Source: an uncultured Gemmatimonadales bacterium (GTDB taxonomy: Bacteria; Gemmatimonadota; Gemmatimonadetes; Gemmatimonadales; GWC2-71-9). From it: a stretch of DNA of 64,000 nt. Under the pieces are notes generated by a model that was not told where the DNA came from, searched no databases, and saw nothing but the letters and a program-made list of their open reading frames with translations. The stretch lies in assembly GCA_963828735.1 (NCBI GenBank), contig CAWHFW010000005.1, forward strand, positions 2,692,838 through 2,756,837. The letters are read 5' to 3'. Position 1 is the first letter of the stretch; each line of letters starts with the position of its first letter. Made by a program: the position numbers and the translations under genes. This document shows positions 55,392-64,000 of the stretch, one piece after another.

Positions 55392-55454
55392 GGTGATGCT
55401 CCCTCTCTAATGCTCTGGAATGTGGTCCGGCGGTGACGCCACCGATTGCCTGTG

Positions 55455-55482
55455 ATCTGGGGTCCGCGCCCTTCCCTTCAAG
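55455..55482 (-). promoter_or_regulatory. Putative sigma-32 promoter of dnaK
   Basis: Minus strand CTTGAA-n14-CCCCAGAT. Confidence 0.65.
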
Positions 55483-55505
55483 GGGGATTCGGGCGAACCG
55501 TCTCT

Positions 55506-56012
55506 TCAGTCCTGCCGGGCGACGACGACCAGCGCCGGTCGCAGCAGCCTGTCGTTCAGCAGGTAGCCTTTCTGGAACAGTTGGGCGACCGCACCCGGCG
55601 GCACGCCTTCCGCGTCGACCATGCTCATCGCCTGGTGGCGGTCGGGATCGAAGCTGTCGCCGGCTGCCGGCGCCACTTCCACCAGGCCGTTGTTCTCGGC
55701 GATGCGGTGCAGCTGGCGCAGGGTCAGTTCCATGCCCTCGCGCAACGGGTCGGCCTGCGGGGCGACGAGCAGCCCGGCTTCGAGGCTGTCGAACAGCGGC
55801 AACAGTTCGCTGAGCAGCCGCTCGTTGGCGAACTTGCGCGCCATCTCGATGTCGCGCTGCAGGCGCTTGCGCTGGTTGTCCAGGTCGGCGTGGTCGCGCA
55901 GGGATTGCGCGCGAAGCTGTTCCAGTTCGCCCTTGAGCGATTCGATCTCGTCGGCCGGCGACACCTCGCCTGCCTGCGCCACGTCGGCGTCCTGCATCGG
56001 TTCTGTGGTCAT
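55506..56012 (-). CDS. grpE: Nucleotide exchange factor GrpE
   Basis: [33 protein letters not shown]. Confidence 0.97.
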   Translation of the reverse strand: MTTEPMQDADVAQAGEVSPADEIESLKGELEQLRAQSLRDHADLDNQRKRLQRDIEMARKFANERLLSELLPLFDSLEAGLLVAPQADPLREGMELTLRQLHRIAENNGLVEVAPAAGDSFDPDRHQAMSMVDAEGVPPGAVAQLFQKGYLLNDRLLRPALVVVARQD

Positions 56013-56058
56013 TCTGCGGAGTCCATCCGGCGGCGCCCGTGCCGCCCTGAACTACCGG

Positions 56059-56087
56059 TAATAGGGGCCACCCCGGGCCCTTTCAAG
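56059..56087 (-). promoter_or_regulatory. Putative sigma-32 promoter of grpE
   Basis: Minus strand CTTGAAA-n13-CCCCTATTA. Confidence 0.65.
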
Positions 56088-56114
56088 TCGCCCGATGCCG
56101 GCCTTGTCCGCCGC

Positions 56115-57185
56115 TCAGCCGGCGTCGATGGCGGCGCCGAGGACGTCGGCCGCGGCCTGCACCACCGGGATCACCCGCTCGTACGCCATGCGGGTGGGGC
56201 CGATCACGCCGAGCACGCCGAGCACCTGGCCACCGGCCGCACCGCCGGCGCGATACGGGGCGGTGATCAGCGACATCCCTTCCAGCGGTGCCAGTCCCGT
56301 TTCCTCACCGATGAAGATGCGCACGCCCGGCGCTCGCAGGGTGCGCTCGAGCAACTGCAGGATCTCGCGCTTGCGCGCGAACGCCTCGAACAGTTCCCGC
56401 AGCCGATCCAGGTCGGACAGGTCCTGGACGCCCATCAGCCGGGTCTGGCCCGCGAGCAGGACATCGTCGCCACCGACCACGAACGCCTGCTCGGCAAGCT
56501 CCACCGTGCTTGCGAGGAGCACTTCCATCTCGCTGCGCGCGGCCTTGAGCTCGCGCACGAGCGTCGTGCGGATGTCGGCAAGCGGCCGGCCCGCGAAGTG
56601 ATGGTTGAGGTAATTGGAGACGCGTTCCAGTTCGCCGGCATCGAACTGCCGGCGGGTCTGGATGATGCGGTTCTGCACGTCGTTGTCGGCGAACACCAGG
56701 ATCGCAAGCACGCGCTGCGCATCCAGCGGCACGAAATCGATGTGCCGGAACGCGAACTGCTCGCGCCGCGGCACGCTGACCACGCCGACGAAATGGCTCA
56801 TCGCCGACAGCAGTTCCGACGCATTGCCCAGCAGCGATTGCGTGCCCGAGCCCGCCGGCAGCTCGTGTCGCAGGCGCGCGAGTTCGGTGTCCGGGAGCGG
56901 CCGCAGTTGCAGCAGCGAGTCGACGAAGACCCGGTAGCCCTGGGCCGTCGGCACGCGTCCGGCCGACGTGTGCGGCGATGTCAGCAGCCCGGCGTCCTCG
57001 AGGTCGGCGAGGATGTTGCGGATGGTCGCGGGACTGACGTCCAGCCCGGCATGGCGCGCCAGCGTCTGCGACCCGACCGGTTCGCCTTCGCGGATGTAGC
57101 GCCCGATCAGCGAGCGCAGCAGATGGCGCGAACGCGCATCCAGTGCGTGGGGATCGAAGCCGGGCTCGTCGGAATGGCGACTCAT
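56115..57185 (-). CDS. hrcA: Heat-inducible repressor HrcA
   Basis: GEPVGSQTL, SPATIRN, PHTSAGRVPT, GVIGPTRM. Confidence 0.97.
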   Translation of the reverse strand: MSRHSDEPGFDPHALDARSRHLLRSLIGRYIREGEPVGSQTLARHAGLDVSPATIRNILADLEDAGLLTSPHTSAGRVPTAQGYRVFVDSLLQLRPLPDTELARLRHELPAGSGTQSLLGNASELLSAMSHFVGVVSVPRREQFAFRHIDFVPLDAQRVLAILVFADNDVQNRIIQTRRQFDAGELERVSNYLNHHFAGRPLADIRTTLVRELKAARSEMEVLLASTVELAEQAFVVGGDDVLLAGQTRLMGVQDLSDLDRLRELFEAFARKREILQLLERTLRAPGVRIFIGEETGLAPLEGMSLITAPYRAGGAAGGQVLGVLGVIGPTRMAYERVIPVVQAAADVLGAAIDAG

Positions 57186-57321
57186 ATCCTCGATATAAGC
57201 CTCGCCACCGGCTGGCGCAAGCGTTCGGGCGTGCAGTTCCCTGGCGGGCGCTGAGCGGTTCATGCGGTCGTGACGGCGCCCACGCTTGGCCGCGGTGCGG
57301 CGCACCCGCACAATCCGCACC

Positions 57322-58989
57322 ATGCTGACCCATCTGGCCATCAAGGACTTCGCCGTCGTCGCGGCGGCCGAACTGGAATTCGGCGCCGGACTCACCGTCA
57401 TTTCCGGTGAAACCGGCGCGGGCAAATCGCTCCTGGTCGATGCGCTCAACTTCCTGTCGGGCCTGCGCGCGGACAGCGGCATGGTGCGCCACGGCGCCGA
57501 ACGCGCCGAACTGGTCGCAATGTTCGACCTTCGCGACGCCCCGGCGGCGCTCGCATGGCTGCGCGAAGCGGAATTCGACGACGGTGACGAATGCCAGCTC
57601 CGCCGCACGCTGCGTGCGGACGGCGGATCGCGTGCGTGGATCAATGGCCGGCCAGCCACCGTCGCGCAGCTTGGCGAACTCGCCGAGCGCCTGGTCGAAA
57701 TCCACGGCCAGCACGAACACCAGTCGCTGCTTTCGCGCACCAGCCAGCTGGCATTGCTGGACGCGTTCGGCGGCCACGAAGCCGAACTCGTGGCGACGAG
57801 AAGCGCGGCGCAGGCTTGGGCCGCCCTGCTGCGCGAGCGCGAACTGCTGTCGAAACAAGGCGACGTGTCCGAGCGCATCGCGTGGCTCGAACACCAGTTG
57901 GGCGAATTGCAGCGCGAATCGCTGGAGCCGGAATCCATCGCCGAGCTGATCGCCGCGCACCGCAGGCATGCGCACGCCGCGGCGCTCATCGCCGGTTGCG
58001 AAGCCGCACTGGCCAGGCTCGGGGGCGACGATGGTCCGGCCCTGTCGCGGCAATTGCAGCAGGTGCGGTCTGAGCTTGCCCGCCAGGCGGAATTCGAGCC
58101 ACGCCTGGCGGATGTCGACGGCATGCTCGATTCGGCCGCGATCCAGCTCGACGAGGCGCTCGCCCTGCTCGAACAGGTGCGCGCGGACCTGGACCTCGAT
58201 CCATCGGCGTTCGACGACCTGGACCGACGCCTGGCGCGCCTGCACGAACTCGCGCGCAAGCACCGCACGCTCCCCGAAACGCTGGCTGCGCAACGCGACT
58301 CGCTGATGGCGGAACTGGAAATCCTCCGCGGCGCCGGCGATCGTGTCCGCGCACTCGACGGGGAGATCGCCACGGCAACCATCGCCTGGCGCAGCGCCGC
58401 CGAATCGCTGGGCGCGCGACGCAGGGAGGCGGCGTCGGCGCTATCGCAATCGACCACCGCGCTCATCGCCGAACTCGGCATGGGCGGCGGCCGGTTCGAG
58501 GTGCTGCTGGAACCGATCGAGGCCCAGCGGCCCGACCCGGCAGGCGCCGAGCGCGCCGAATTCCTTGTCGCTGCCAACCAGGGGCAGCCGCCGCGTCCGC
58601 TTCGCAAGGTCGCCTCGGGCGGCGAACTGTCGCGTATATCGCTGGCGATCGAAGTGGCGGCGTTGGGACTCGATGCGGTGCCGACGATGGTGTTCGACGA
58701 AGTGGATTCCGGCATCGGCGGCGCCGTGGCGGAGATCGTCGGACAGAAACTCCGTGCGCTCGGCACGGCCCGGCAGGCCCTGTGCGTGACCCACCTGCCC
58801 CAGGTCGCCGCCCAGGGCCACGCGCACTATCGCGTCAGCAAGGCCGAACGCTCCGGCATGACACAAAGCGCGGTGCAGGTGCTGGGCGCGAAACAGCGCG
58901 AGGAAGAACTCGCCCGCATGCTCGGCGGGGTGGAAGTGAGCAAGGAAGCGCGAGCCGCGGCCCGGAGGTTGCTGCAGGGCGTCGGCTGA
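57322..58989 (+). CDS. recN: DNA repair protein RecN
   Basis: SGETGAGKS, IHGQHEHQ, ASGGELSR, FDEVDSG, VTHLPQVAA. Confidence 0.97.
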   Translation: MLTHLAIKDFAVVAAAELEFGAGLTVISGETGAGKSLLVDALNFLSGLRADSGMVRHGAERAELVAMFDLRDAPAALAWLREAEFDDGDECQLRRTLRADGGSRAWINGRPATVAQLGELAERLVEIHGQHEHQSLLSRTSQLALLDAFGGHEAELVATRSAAQAWAALLRERELLSKQGDVSERIAWLEHQLGELQRESLEPESIAELIAAHRRHAHAAALIAGCEAALARLGGDDGPALSRQLQQVRSELARQAEFEPRLADVDGMLDSAAIQLDEALALLEQVRADLDLDPSAFDDLDRRLARLHELARKHRTLPETLAAQRDSLMAELEILRGAGDRVRALDGEIATATIAWRSAAESLGARRREAASALSQSTTALIAELGMGGGRFEVLLEPIEAQRPDPAGAERAEFLVAANQGQPPRPLRKVASGGELSRISLAIEVAALGLDAVPTMVFDEVDSGIGGAVAEIVGQKLRALGTARQALCVTHLPQVAAQGHAHYRVSKAERSGMTQSAVQVLGAKQREEELARMLGGVEVSKEARAAARRLLQGVG

Positions 58990-59056
58990 CGGCCGAAAGC
59001 TCGCAACTCGGGATCACGCGCGCTGCGGCGCGATCATTCCCGTCGCGGCGTATGGT

Positions 59057-59464
59057 TTATCGCGGCGCCTTCTTGCGGACGTAGAGCACCAATGCGTGCT
59101 CCTCGATCTCGTACCCGTGCTGCGCGGCGATCCGGCGCTGCAATTCCTCGATCTCGTCGCTCTGGAACTCGATGACCTTTCCGGTGTCGATGTCGACCAT
59201 GTGGTCGTGGTGTTCGCCGCGATCGAGTTCGTAGACGGCGTGCCCGCCTTCGAAGTTGTGCTTGAGCACCAGTCCGGCCGCCTCGAACTGGGTCAGCACC
59301 CGATACACCGTGGCCAGGCCGATTTCGTCGCCATGCTCCAGCAGCTGGCGATAGATGTCCTCGGCGGTCATGTGGCGCGGCTTGATCTGCTCCAGCAGCT
59401 CGAGGATCTTCATCCGCGGGTGCGTGACCTTGAGGCCGGCCTTGCGCAGTTCTTGCGATTCCAT
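59057..59464 (-). CDS. fur: Ferric uptake regulator
   Basis: GLKVTHPR, GLATVYRVL, HHDH. Confidence 0.97.
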   Translation of the reverse strand: MESQELRKAGLKVTHPRMKILELLEQIKPRHMTAEDIYRQLLEHGDEIGLATVYRVLTQFEAAGLVLKHNFEGGHAVYELDRGEHHDHMVDIDTGKVIEFQSDEIEELQRRIAAQHGYEIEEHALVLYVRKKAPR

Positions 59465-59596
59465 CGAGGCTCCGGTGCCTGCAGGGCGTCGACGCCGCGG
59501 TCCGGCAAGCCCGGAAAGCGCCCTGCGCGCAGCGTCGGTAGGACGAGCCCCAGTGTATCATCGGGCCTGTTTTCCCCACTCCCAATCCGGATCCGA

Positions 59597-59983
59597 ATGC
59601 GCAAGTTCCTGCTCGTTGCCGTCCTTGGCCTGGCCACTTCCGGCTGCGGCATCCTGTACAAGCAGCCGATCTACCAGGGCAGCCTGATCGAAAAGACGGC
59701 GGCCGACCAGTTGCAGGTCGGAATGACCCGGCAGCAGGTGCAGGCGTTGCTCGGCACGCCGTCGGTTGCCGACCCGTTCCACCACGACCGTTGGGACTAC
59801 GTCGCCACCGAACGCACCGGCCGCATGGGGCATACGCAGGTCAAGGACCTGACCTTGTGGTTCAACGGCGATTCGCTCACCAAGTGGGATGGTCAATACT
59901 TTCCCGAACAGGACGAAGAGCTGGTGCAGCGGATGCGCAAGTTCGGCAACCTGCCCAAGGACAAGGACAAGAAGAGGCACTGA
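59597..59983 (+). CDS. bamE: Outer-membrane assembly lipoprotein BamE (OmlA)
   Basis: Lipobox TSGC, IYQG, GMTRQQV..LLGTP, RWDY; divergent from fur. Confidence 0.94.
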   Translation: MRKFLLVAVLGLATSGCGILYKQPIYQGSLIEKTAADQLQVGMTRQQVQALLGTPSVADPFHHDRWDYVATERTGRMGHTQVKDLTLWFNGDSLTKWDGQYFPEQDEELVQRMRKFGNLPKDKDKKRH

Positions 59984-60007
59984 GCTTCTTCCAGGCAAAA
60001 CCACGGA

Positions 60008-60031
60008 AAGCCCGGCCCGCGCCGGGCTTTT
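60008..60031. terminator. Bidirectional terminator between bamE and ratB
   Basis: AAAGCCCGGC-CCGC-GCCGGGCTTT followed by T's. Confidence 0.75.
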
Positions 60032-60050
60032 TGTCATCCGCCGGATGGCT

Positions 60051-60298
60051 TCATCGCGCGGCGCCGACGCGCTTCCTTGGGGTCGATCTGCAGGGGCCGC
60101 AGCAGTTCGAGACGGTCGCCATCGCGCAGCGGATGCTCGCTGCCGACGCGCTCGCCGAAAATGGCGAACCCCAGTGATCCCGTCCAGCGCGAAGCCGCTT
60201 TGCTCCAGCGCATCGGCGACGGACGAGGCGTCGGCGAGTTCGAGTTTCACCGCGTCGTGGCGCCTGGGCCACGCACGAATGACCTCGACGCGGATCAT
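60051..60298 (-). CDS. ratB: RnfH/RatB family protein (frameshifted)
   Basis: [11 protein letters not shown]..., then [23 protein letters not shown] in another frame. Confidence 0.85.
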
Positions 60299-60307
60299 GC
60301 CGTCGCC

Positions 60308-60754
60308 TCAATCGTCCGCATCGCTGCCCGGATCCGCATCGGCCACGCGGACGAAATCCTCGACCATGCGGTCGGCCAGCGCCTGGAAGCCGAGCGCCAT
60401 AGCAGGTGCCAGCAATCGGCTGCGGGGTTCGAAATCGAGCGTCAGGGTCACCTTGCACGCCGATTCGTCGAGCGCATGGAACTGCCAGCGGCCCGACAAT
60501 TTCCGGAACGGGCCGTCGCGCAGCTGCATGTCGATGTGGTGCGGGGGAGACAACGTGTTCTCGGTCGTGAACCACGTACGGATCGCGCCCAGCCCCAGGT
60601 CGAGCCGGGCGATGATGTGCGTCGCGTCGGATTCGAGCACTTTTGCCGATTCGCACCAGTCGAAGCGCCTCGGATATGCCGGGATGTCGTTGACCAGCGT
60701 AAACATCCGGGCAGCGGAGTGCTCGACCAGGGCGCTGCGTTGGATCTTGGGCAT
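60308..60754 (-). CDS. ratA: RatA/Coq10 START-domain protein
   Basis: [30 protein letters not shown]. Confidence 0.9.
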   Translation of the reverse strand: MPKIQRSALVEHSAARMFTLVNDIPAYPRRFDWCESAKVLESDATHIIARLDLGLGAIRTWFTTENTLSPPHHIDMQLRDGPFRKLSGRWQFHALDESACKVTLTLDFEPRSRLLAPAMALGFQALADRMVEDFVRVADADPGSDADD

Positions 60755-60809
60755 CGGCGACTCGTTCGGTGGCTCGCCTGCTCGGGCGGTTCAGGGGACA
60801 ATGGCTGCG

Positions 60810-61307
60810 ATGAGCAAGAAAGCAGCTGGCAAGGATAAGGCAAACGGCGGCGGCACCATCGCGCTGAACAAGCGCGCGCGCCACGAATACCACCTGGAAC
60901 AGCGCTTCGAGGCCGGCCTGGCCCTGCAGGGCTGGGAGTTGAAGTCGATCCGCGCCGGTCGCGCCAACATCACCGAGGCCTACGCGGTGATTCGCGATGG
61001 CGAACTGTTCCTGTTCGGGGCGCAGATGACGCCGTTGATCTCCGCGTCCACGCATGTCGTGGCCGACGCGCACCGGACGCGCAAGCTGCTGCTGCACAAA
61101 CGCGAGATCGACCAGCTGATCGGTCGCGTCCAGCGCGACGGCTACACGCTGGTGCCTACCGCGCTGTACTGGAAGGCGAACAAGGTCAAGGCCGAACTCG
61201 CGCTCGCCAAGGGCAAGCAGTCGCATGACAAGCGTGAGGCGAGCAAGGAGCGGGATTGGGCGCGCGATAAGCAGCGCCTGCTACGGCGGCATAACAAGGA
61301 CGCGTGA
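60810..61307 (+). CDS. smpB: SsrA-binding protein
   Basis: [39 protein letters not shown]. Confidence 0.97.
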   Translation: MSKKAAGKDKANGGGTIALNKRARHEYHLEQRFEAGLALQGWELKSIRAGRANITEAYAVIRDGELFLFGAQMTPLISASTHVVADAHRTRKLLLHKREIDQLIGRVQRDGYTLVPTALYWKANKVKAELALAKGKQSHDKREASKERDWARDKQRLLRRHNKDA

Positions 61308-61337
61308 GCGTCAGGGCAATGCCTCCCAGCGGACCCA

Positions 61338-63513
61338 TCACTCGATGACCGGTTCGGGCAACGTGAAATAGAACGTGGCGCGCTCCCCGGGCACGCCTTC
61401 GGCACGAATGGTGCCCCCGTGCCGTTCGACGATGCGCTTTACCGACGCCAGGCCGATGCCGTGCCCGCCGAATTCGTCCTGGCTGTGCAGGCGCTGGAAC
61501 GGGCGGAACAGCTTGTCGGCGTACTCCTGGGCGAATCCCACCCCGTTGTCGCGCACGAAGAACTCGCCGCGCTCATTCCTGCCGACCTCGACCCGTGCGA
61601 TGGGTCGATCCTTGCTGAATTTCCACGCATTTCCCAACAGATTCTGCAGCAGGCTGCGCACCAGTCCCTGGTCGGCGACGACGTGCAGCGGCGACTCGAT
61701 CCGCACGTCTACCTGCCGCTCGGGCTCGCTCGCGCGCAACTCTGCCAGGACCTCCGCCGCGATGCGGTCCAGATCCAGCGGTACGGGAGTCATCCCGCCC
61801 CGGCCGACACGGGACATCTTGAGCAACGAGTCGATCAGTTCGGCCATCCGTCCCGCGGCGTTGCGCACGCGGGTAAGTTGTTCCAATCCCGCCTCGCCGA
61901 GCACGTCGGAGAAGCGCTCGGCCAACAAGCGGCTGAAGCCGTCGATGGAGCGCAATGGCGCCCGCAGGTCGTGCGACACGCTGTATGCAAACGCCTCGAG
62001 TTCCTGGTTTGCCTGCGTCAGTTCGCGCGTTCGCGCCGCCACGCGCGCCTCGAGCGTGCGGTTCAACGCCAGGATCTGCGCTTCGGCGCGCACCCGCTCG
62101 GTGACGTCCTCCACCTGCACCAGGCGGGAGATGTCCTGGCCGACGTCGCCAGGTACCGGCGCGAAGGTCAGGTGGACCTGGCGGACGCCGTCGCCGCGAA
62201 ACAACGCACGCGTTGTACGCAGCACGCCATCTTGCGAATCGCGTTCCCGACCCAGGATCCTCTGCTCCATGCCGTCGACGAAGTGTTCGTCGAACGACGT
62301 CCCGATCAGCGATTCACGGCTGCTGCCCAGAATCGACGCCAGCGAAGGATTGGCGTCCACGATGTGATCGTCATGGTCGAGCAACCCCATTCCGATCGCC
62401 GAGTACTGCATCGCACTGCGAAAGCGCAGCTGGCTGCGACGGAAGGATTCGCTCATGCGCGCGGCCAGTTGCTCGGCGTGCGCTTGCGTGTGCACCAGGA
62501 TCAACGTCATCAGGAACAACAGCAGCGACGCGATCAGATCCGACCACCAGTGTCGGCCGCAAGCCGACGATCCGGGATTCGATCAGGTCAATGGGATCGG
62601 ATTCGAAGTCCAGGCGCCATTGCCGACCAAAACGTACGATCGTCGTCGAGTTACGGAACGCAGGCACCTCGTCGGAAGACGACATGCCTGGAGATTCATA
62701 CAGCATGGCTTGCTCGCCGCCGGTCACGTCGAAGATGCGAAGGTGCGGATGCCTCGGCGTGGACTGCAACGCGCGATCGACGAATGGGGCGAAACGGAAG
62801 GGAATGTAGACCCATCCCTCCATCGATTCCCGACGTGACGAAATACTGCCGGGGTGGAACGCAGAGCGGAACACAGGCAGGAACATCAGCAACGATGGAT
62901 TCGTACCACCGGCGTCCTGCACCAGGTGAACGATTCCGCTGAGGCGTGCTTCGCCACTGTCCATCGCCGCTTCCATCGCCGCATGGCGGATCGGTTCGGA
63001 ATACATGTCGAACCCGATGGCGTCGAGGTTTTCCTGGCTCCGGGGCTCCAGGTAGAGGATCGCACCGTAATGTTCACGTACGCCGTGTGGCCGCAATACG
63101 AACAGGCCTTCCCCACCCGACCGCATCGCGTTCTGCATGTCGGACAACTGGCCTGGCGACAGATACGCGGCAAACCCCAATCCGACCAGCGCAGGGAACC
63201 GCTGCCCGATGTTCAGGCCGTCGACATAGTCCTGCCATTGTTGCCGGGTCGGTCGGGCGACCGTGCCGAACAGTGCCACGCCGCCGCGCGTGACCAGTTC
63301 GTAGTAGCCCAGCCGCTGGTACAGCAACGAAGTGGTCTCGTCCGTGCTGGCGACGAAGTCAGCCTGCGCCGCCGCCATCTCCCGTAGCCGGGCGCTCCGC
63401 CAGTACCAGGCGACCACGAACAGCGAAGCCAGCAGCACCAGCACGGCAAGCACGTAGCCGCTTTTCGCGCCGGGCAGGATGGCCTTGTCGGTTTGCGCCG
63501 GGGGAATACGCAT
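61338..63513 (-). CDS. CHASE-PAS sensor histidine kinase (frameshift near 62530)
   Basis: TM-CHASE (ILYLEP, GFDMYSEP..R..AM)-TM-PAS-HisKA (FAYSVSHDLRAPL)-HATPase (GHGIGL). Confidence 0.88.
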
Positions 63514-63637
63514 GGTCGAAGAATAGCCGCAGCCCGGCTGCGGGCCCACTGAACACGTCCTGCACCCTGCAGCGCCATGGCATTGCGCGGTGTGCCGGCG
63601 CGCCTATACTGGCCGGGTCGGCGACATCGACATTCCC

Positions 63638-63992
63638 GGGGGTGCACTGGCTTCGACGGGGGTTGCGAAATCGTCTGGCGCATGCCGAGGGGGCAGCTTT
63701 CCTCGTTAATCCAGCCGCAAAAATCCAGACGCCAACGACGACGTCTACGCTCTCGCCGCTTAAGGCGTAAGCCCCGAACCCACTTGTGCCTGTGCTCGTG
63801 GATGTAGGGTCACTATCGCAGGATCGGCCATGGCGGCGACCCGTCAACCATGGCTCAACACAAAGCGGGTATGTCCCACGGTGTGCCTCGCACGTCGTGT
63901 TGCCGCGGGACGAGACCTAACGGCGAGCTAAGCATGTAGTGCCGGGCATGGAGTGCCTTCGGACGGCGGTTCGATTCCGCCCACCTCCACCA
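63638..63992 (+). ncRNA. ssrA: tmRNA; tag (A)ANDDVYALAA at 63731-63763
   Basis: 5' GGGGGTGCACTGGCTTCGAC; tag ORF GCCAACGACGACGTCTACGCTCTCGCCGCTTAA; 3' GGTTCGATTCCGCCCACCTCCACCA; upstream TATACT -10. Confidence 0.96.
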
Positions 63993-64000
63993 ATTGGTGG

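Noticed and set aside
56115..58766. 883-aa extended HrcA
   Set aside because: The extension is antisense to recN. The real start is the ATG at 57185 after GAGG.
60051..60754. ratAB as an accessory toxin-antitoxin system
   Set aside because: This is the conserved smpB-ratA-ratB-bamE core arrangement; RatA is Coq10-like.

Overview
The window is almost certainly two unrelated genomes joined at about 10,596-10,631, where a TonB-dependent receptor ORF runs into an AT-rich stretch resembling a degraded Oxford Nanopore adapter. The left part (1 to ~10,595) is very GC-rich, shows no obvious frameshifts and looks Gemmatimonadota-like by gene content (inference). It carries three Hanks-type Ser/Thr kinases, a DUF4382-like lipoprotein, a secreted His-motif protein, two related long palindromes and a truncated TonB-dependent receptor. 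The standout is the kinase at 5792-8797. It is interrupted by a single in-frame TGA in a C-P-I-TGA (CxxU) context, and a bacterial SECIS-like hairpin starts 11 nt downstream, so it is a candidate selenocysteine-containing membrane receptor kinase. The right part (~10,660-64,000) is Xanthomonadales/Lysobacteraceae-type core chromosome: lolA-ftsK-ald-trxB-aat-infA-clpA-clpS-mnmA-hflD, acnA-rpfB-rpfF-rpfC-rpfG (DSF quorum sensing), lysS-prfB-recJ-rpfE-greA-carB-carA-dapB, dnaJ-dnaK-grpE-hrcA, recN, fur, bamE, ratB/ratA, smpB, a CHASE kinase and tmRNA. Accessory genes there are a tyrosinase-vWA fusion, two tandem Tat-exported tyrosinases sharing an upstream motif, and a TMEM175-family channel between dnaK and dnaJ. 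Many core genes carry indels that look like long-read errors. All calls come from motif recognition by eye; no searches were run.
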